Assembly: GCA_010093995.1 (NCBI GenBank)
Contig: ML992503.1
Span: 1,987,328-2,051,327, forward strand
From: Elsinoe ampelina
Lineage: Eukaryota
Length of the DNA: 64,000 bases
Reading direction: 5' to 3'
Positions within the stretch are counted from its first letter, which is position 1, and every line of letters starts with the position of its first letter. This document shows positions 59,653 to 64,000 of this stretch, one piece after another. The translations under genes were made by a program, and so were the position numbers. A model generated the notes under the pieces. That model searched no databases, had not been told where the DNA came from, and worked only from the letters and a program-made list of their open reading frames with translations.

Positions 59653-61125
59653 TCACCTCCCATCCCCTCTTCCACCTCTACAATCTCCCCACTCCCCCAT
59701 CCTCCTCTCCACCCTCTCCAAATGCCACCCACTCGTCCAAAACTCCGCTCCCTGCTCGCTCGCAATCCCATAAACCAACTCCGTCCCCAGGAAACACCTA
59801 CCGTCGATCCATCGCCACTGCAAACACTCGACCTCATGATCGCATGCCTCGGCACAATTCTCCGCACTCTCCACGCTAGCCTTCTGCACGTCATCGTACG
59901 AGTCCCACACTGACTCGTTGGCGGAAGCAAAGTACTGCATGTCTTCGCGCCAATTATACCACTCTTTGCGCGGCGACTGGATGTTCTCGAGGACCAATTC
60001 GCGGAAGAGGTCGGACCAGGTGTACGGGACGGTCCAGCCGTGCTTGCGGACCCAAGCGGTTTGGAAGCGCCAGAGGTCGTTGATCTGGTAGGCGTCGACG
60101 TGGTGCTGCGTCGCCGGGGTCTGGCACCAGGTTTCGTTGGTGAAGGTGATGGTGTTGAGGGTTTCCATTTGGAGAACGCCGCCTGACTTCTCGACGACGA
60201 CTCCGGCTTCTTCCATTACGGCTCCGGTGACAATGTCGCCGCAGCAGCTGGTGGAGGTGTAGTTCTCCCACCGTTGGTCAAAGGCTTCGGCCCCTTCGGT
60301 CTCTCGCGCGTGGACAAGTCGCTCCAATGCTGGGCGAGACATGACGTAGCCGCTGCCGCCGTGGGCGAAGGTCAGGGTGGAGTTGATGACCGGGAAGACT
60401 CGTCCGATGTAGCGCGGTTCACTTGGGTCCAGGGTCGCTAGCCATGCGATGAGATTGGTCCAGCTGACGGCGGCGTCATCTTCGAGGAAGACAAACCACT
60501 CGACGTGGGATGGGGCGAGCGCATGTGCCAGTAAGGCGATGGGTATATATTTCCATTTGTCCAAGAGCCAGCCGCTAGTGCCATACAGCGTCTCTAATCG
60601 TAGGCCACCGGTGCGGTATTTTTCAAGCATCCTGTATGTTTCAAAGTCGTCATGCATCTCTTTCCAGCCTCGACTGACATTCTTCAGCACGTCGTGCACA
60701 GGATAGCCCGCGAAGATCTCGTCCCGGTCGGATGAAATGAGGAGCTGATTGGCCGGCGCGCACCTTACGAGGGTGAGCAGATGTGTTGGTAGTAAGTAGT
60801 GCATCCTGGATGCTCCCATCTTGAGGCTGAGCATCAGGTTGCTACCTGACGGAGCTGAAGAGCAAAGGTCATCCTCGCCCAGTCTGGACAGACTGCTAGT
60901 CTTCCCTTCACCTATCTCAGAGGTGCCAGGATCATGGTGGTCCCGCAGGCTGCCATGATTATTACATTGGCTCGAGAGTCCCCGAACACCCGTCCAGTCC
61001 AGCGCAAGGTGCATGCGATTGAATAAGAAGATGCTCAAGATCGATGTGCCCAGAAAGAGGAGAACGAGTTTGCGCTTTGTCGGTGCCGCCGGCGTGGGTG
61101 AGCGGGACAGCAATGCAGAGACCAT
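59653..61125 (-). CDS. GT31 glycosyltransferase (type II membrane; Fringe/GfsA-like) with C-terminal Cys-rich PAN-like module
   Basis: N-terminal TM anchor, GWLLDKWKYIP, WFVFLEDD (DxD-like), FAHGGSGYVMS, CCGD and C-terminal CAEAC..CLQW..C..SGW. Confidence 0.82.
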   Translation of the reverse strand: MVSALLSRSPTPAAPTKRKLVLLFLGTSILSIFLFNRMHLALDWTGVRGLSSQCNNHGSLRDHHDPGTSEIGEGKTSSLSRLGEDDLCSSAPSGSNLMLSLKMGASRMHYLLPTHLLTLVRCAPANQLLISSDRDEIFAGYPVHDVLKNVSRGWKEMHDDFETYRMLEKYRTGGLRLETLYGTSGWLLDKWKYIPIALLAHALAPSHVEWFVFLEDDAAVSWTNLIAWLATLDPSEPRYIGRVFPVINSTLTFAHGGSGYVMSRPALERLVHARETEGAEAFDQRWENYTSTSCCGDIVTGAVMEEAGVVVEKSGGVLQMETLNTITFTNETWCQTPATQHHVDAYQINDLWRFQTAWVRKHGWTVPYTWSDLFRELVLENIQSPRKEWYNWREDMQYFASANESVWDSYDDVQKASVESAENCAEACDHEVECLQWRWIDGRCFLGTELVYGIASEQGAEFWTSGWHLERVERRMGEWGDCRGGRGDGR

Positions 61126-61719
61126 GCTTCTCAGACTAAGGAAATTGACCTGAAGCAGTGGGAAGTCTTGCCGTCTTGCCTGAATAGCTGACCGATCTCC
61201 ATCGATCGGGCCCCTGTTCGTGCGGCTCCTATCCTAGCGACCGTTTAAGATGACCCCCTGCCCGTTCGCTCTCGGCCATGCTTGCGCCATAGCGATGCTT
61301 CGAACCTTCACGCTATTCACCCTACTCTTGTTCTACTAGGTTCTCACAAGCAAGTGGTCTTGCCATCGTGTCTGCTGTTGTCTCGCCCATGCCAGACAAT
61401 GTTGAAGGAGCTGTTCATGAGTAGCGGTACTCTTGGTGTTGACATCGGTTCGGCTCGTCTCGGGGTAAAGCGTGTACACGCTGACGCTGACTGCAGATAC
61501 TTGACTTACAAGGCCGTCCGTGATCGAATCTAGAGTGCAAGTTACTATGTGTGATTAATAGTCGTGTAGATGAGTCGAGGTGTAGTTTGGTCAGTCAGGG
61601 GATGTAGTGGGACGGATGACTTTCGTACCCGAGCTTAGTCCGAGGTACGGTATGTATGTAGGAGTGCTACAACTATCAGGCAACTATACCCCAGCTCCAC
61701 CACGCTCAGCACCACAATC

Positions 61720-63526
61720 TCAATGAGCAAATCTAAAATCCAACGTCTTATTTCCCTCATCCTTCGTCGTCTCCCTGTAGACCTCCTTCTCCTCCTTGCT
61801 CATCCCCTCCCACACCCTCTCCTTCTGCCTGTTCCTCCAAACATAGTAACCCTTGGTCCCCACAAACATCACAACAGCCAGAAAATTGATCCCAATCAGC
61901 ACACTGTTCCCATGATGATAAAGGGGCTTGTCCTCCGTCCTGTAGATATTACTACTAACGACATTCCCCACCTGCACCATCATGTTGTACACCGCCGCGC
62001 TGACCGTGCGCGTCCTCACGCTGCCGGAGTTACGCGAGGCCCATGCGACCACTATGGCGTGGCAGTACGGGTAGCTGAGCAGTGTGGTGACGAGCGCGTA
62101 GGTACCCCAGGCGTCATGCATGACGCCCTGCCAAAATCGGAGGGCGAGCAAGCAGGGGAGCGTCCAGATGTCTTGGATCATGGCGACTAAGGAGCGTTCG
62201 TTGAGGTATTCTGAGAGACGGGTGATGAGGAGGAGAGTGCAGATCCCGATGGCGGTGGAGGGGACGACGAGGAGGTTGGTGGTGAACTGCGATTGTCAGT
62301 GGGGGAATGGCGAGGGCGAGGAGGAATGGGTTCAAGTACAGCGTTGAAGCCGAGTTGGCGGAGAGTGAGGGTTAAGTAGGCATTGGGAGGGTTCATGGGG
62401 ATGAAGATGACGAGACCCATGGCGTAGATCTGTTTGAATTAGCGGGCTGAGGTAGCATGAGAGGGTGTCACGAGGCTGCTGGGTGCATACCGGCCATAGG
62501 TCATAGTCTGTGAGTGCTTTCCATAATCGTGATGGGGCGATGGCCATTCGGTTGTGCATGTCTCCTTTCGAGGGGTCATCGCGGAGGACACGGTTGACGA
62601 CTATGCCCACCTCGCGGTCGGTGAACCAGCCATTGGGTCGGAACCATGCTTTGGTCTGGACTGCGGATGCAGGCATGAGGAAGAAGGATGCGAAGCCGAT
62701 CAGCAGTGTCATGAGCCCTTCGATGAGGAACAGCCAGCGCCATCCGGACAGACTGCTAATGCCATCCATATGTAGAAGAGCAAATGCGAGAAGAGACGTG
62801 ACTAGGCCAGTAACACTAGTTGCGGTCCAGAAGAAGCTCAGCCTGATCGGCAGTTCTCGGCTCGTGTAGAAGTAACTCAGCCAGAGGATAAGATCCGGTA
62901 TGAAGCCGCCCATTGAGCGTTAGAGGATAACAAAAATTGCTTGGGGAGTTCTCACCTTCAAGTATGCCCAGTAGTGACCTTGTAGCATAGTAACTGTTCA
63001 CACCGATGAGAGCTGCCTGACTGGCGGCCACGACGGACCACATGATCATCTGCGTCGGGATCCAGCGGTCTGGTCCCAGCTTCTTCGAAACAAGTTGAGA
63101 GGGCACTTCAGCCAGAAGAAACGAGACGTAGAAGATGGTCCGACCATAGTTGTACTGGTTCGTGGAGAGGTCCAACTGATCAAGCATATCAGCCGATACA
63201 GCTTGAGAGAGATTACCGCGGTCCACTTGGAGTGCGAAGAACATCACGCATGCCCAGGCGCAGACATGCCAGTCCAATCTTCTGACGAGCTTCTTCTCCT
63301 CTTGAGTTGTCCATTGCAGTTCTGGGTCGAACGCATGTCGACACTCGTACTGAGCCTTTTCATAGAGTTGTCTGTAGTGCTGCGCTATCTTCGGATCCAG
63401 GAAAGGATTTGCAGCCAGAGCGCCCTCAGTATGGAGGCTGTCGGTCGATGAGCGGCTGGCCTTGAACAGATCTTTGCTCTCGGGATCTGTACCCTTGAGG
63501 GGAGCTGCAACGGTTGCAATTGTCAT
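61720..63526 (-). CDS. MFS transporter, allantoate permease (Dal5/ACS) family; first intron lacks a canonical AG acceptor
   Basis: Exons 63526-62956, 62909-62491, 62429-62340 and 62286-61720. Motifs YECRHAFDP..WT..EE..LVRRLD, DRGNLSQA, EVPSQLVSKKLGPDRWIP, GWRWLFLIEG, RVLRDDPSKGDMHNR and DEGNKTLDFRFAH. Intron 62955-62910 reads GT…TGG. Confidence 0.85.
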
Positions 63527-64000
63527 CTTACCAAGACAAAAGAAGTAGAGTCGTATAAACACAGGAGGCTTCCATGGAGTACCTTTTCTCTGCTCCTTGT
63601 ATGTTCATAACCCAACACCAACTCTGCGTAACGTGTGCATCTTCGGATTAAGGATGCCGAAAAGATAATGTCGCCATACTGAATGAGGCAGCTCCCAGTT
63701 CATGGAGAGTCTCGAAGATATAATGTGCCAAGCACGCCATCCTCGTGCATTTGACGAGCCGAGACGCGAAGACTGTGATTTGCTGCAGTTGCTGAACAGG
63801 CCTCAAGGTGTGGGACTAGAATGATGGGCTCGTACGTAGAGCTCTAGTACAGCAACCCCATGCGGTACTATGCTGGCGGCTCAAGGTCTTCTCGAGAGCC
63901 CCCTGAGAAGGTGAAAATTGCGTCGATGGAGCTGTGAGGAGGTGATAGCACGCAGGCGAAGCCAGGATGACGTGCTCGAATGGTCCACATTGCTGCAGCG

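Noticed and set aside
40685..61125. GH43, GH16, GH5 and GT31 as a polysaccharide-utilisation cluster
   Set aside because: They have different substrates, are spread over 20 kb and are interleaved with unrelated genes.
1..64000. tRNA, rRNA, CRISPR arrays, transposons
   Set aside because: No cloverleaf/T-loop consensus, rRNA-like blocks, spaced direct repeats, TIR/LTR pairs or transposase/RT motifs were recognised by eye. Small ncRNAs could have been missed without a covariance-model scan.

Overview
Gene-dense eukaryotic DNA from a filamentous ascomycete (Pezizomycotina; a Dothideomycete-like origin is a guess). It has short 45-63 nt spliceosomal introns with CTRAC/CTAAY branch points. I could model 27 protein-coding genes by hand, plus one possible partial gene at the left edge. 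From left to right: a DUF1399/GRDP-like gene; a compact putative catabolic cluster (SDR, Baeyer-Villiger monooxygenase, amino-acid permease, Zn2Cys6 regulator, second SDR); a lone arsH; three secreted type-B carboxylesterases; YTP1-like, THO2, S9 peptidase, promethin/LDAF1-like, RPA49, an orphan 7-TM receptor-like gene and SWI5/SAE3; GH43, SDR, GH16, DUF4246, an acid ceramidase-like hydrolase, a siderophore transporter with an SreA-type ATCTGATAA site, a GPI-anchored Cys-rich protein, GH5 mannanase, GT31 and an allantoate-family MFS. I recognised no rRNA, tRNA, transposon, CRISPR or PKS/NRPS core gene. The most notable unexplained signals are (1) at least nine sharp C/A-rich to G/T-rich strand-skew switches that run through codons and introns regardless of gene orientation, (2) the SDR-BVMO-permease-TF cluster, and (3) three non-canonical introns (two GC-AG, and one GT-GG or a lost acceptor). 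All family calls come from motif recognition by eye, not database searches.
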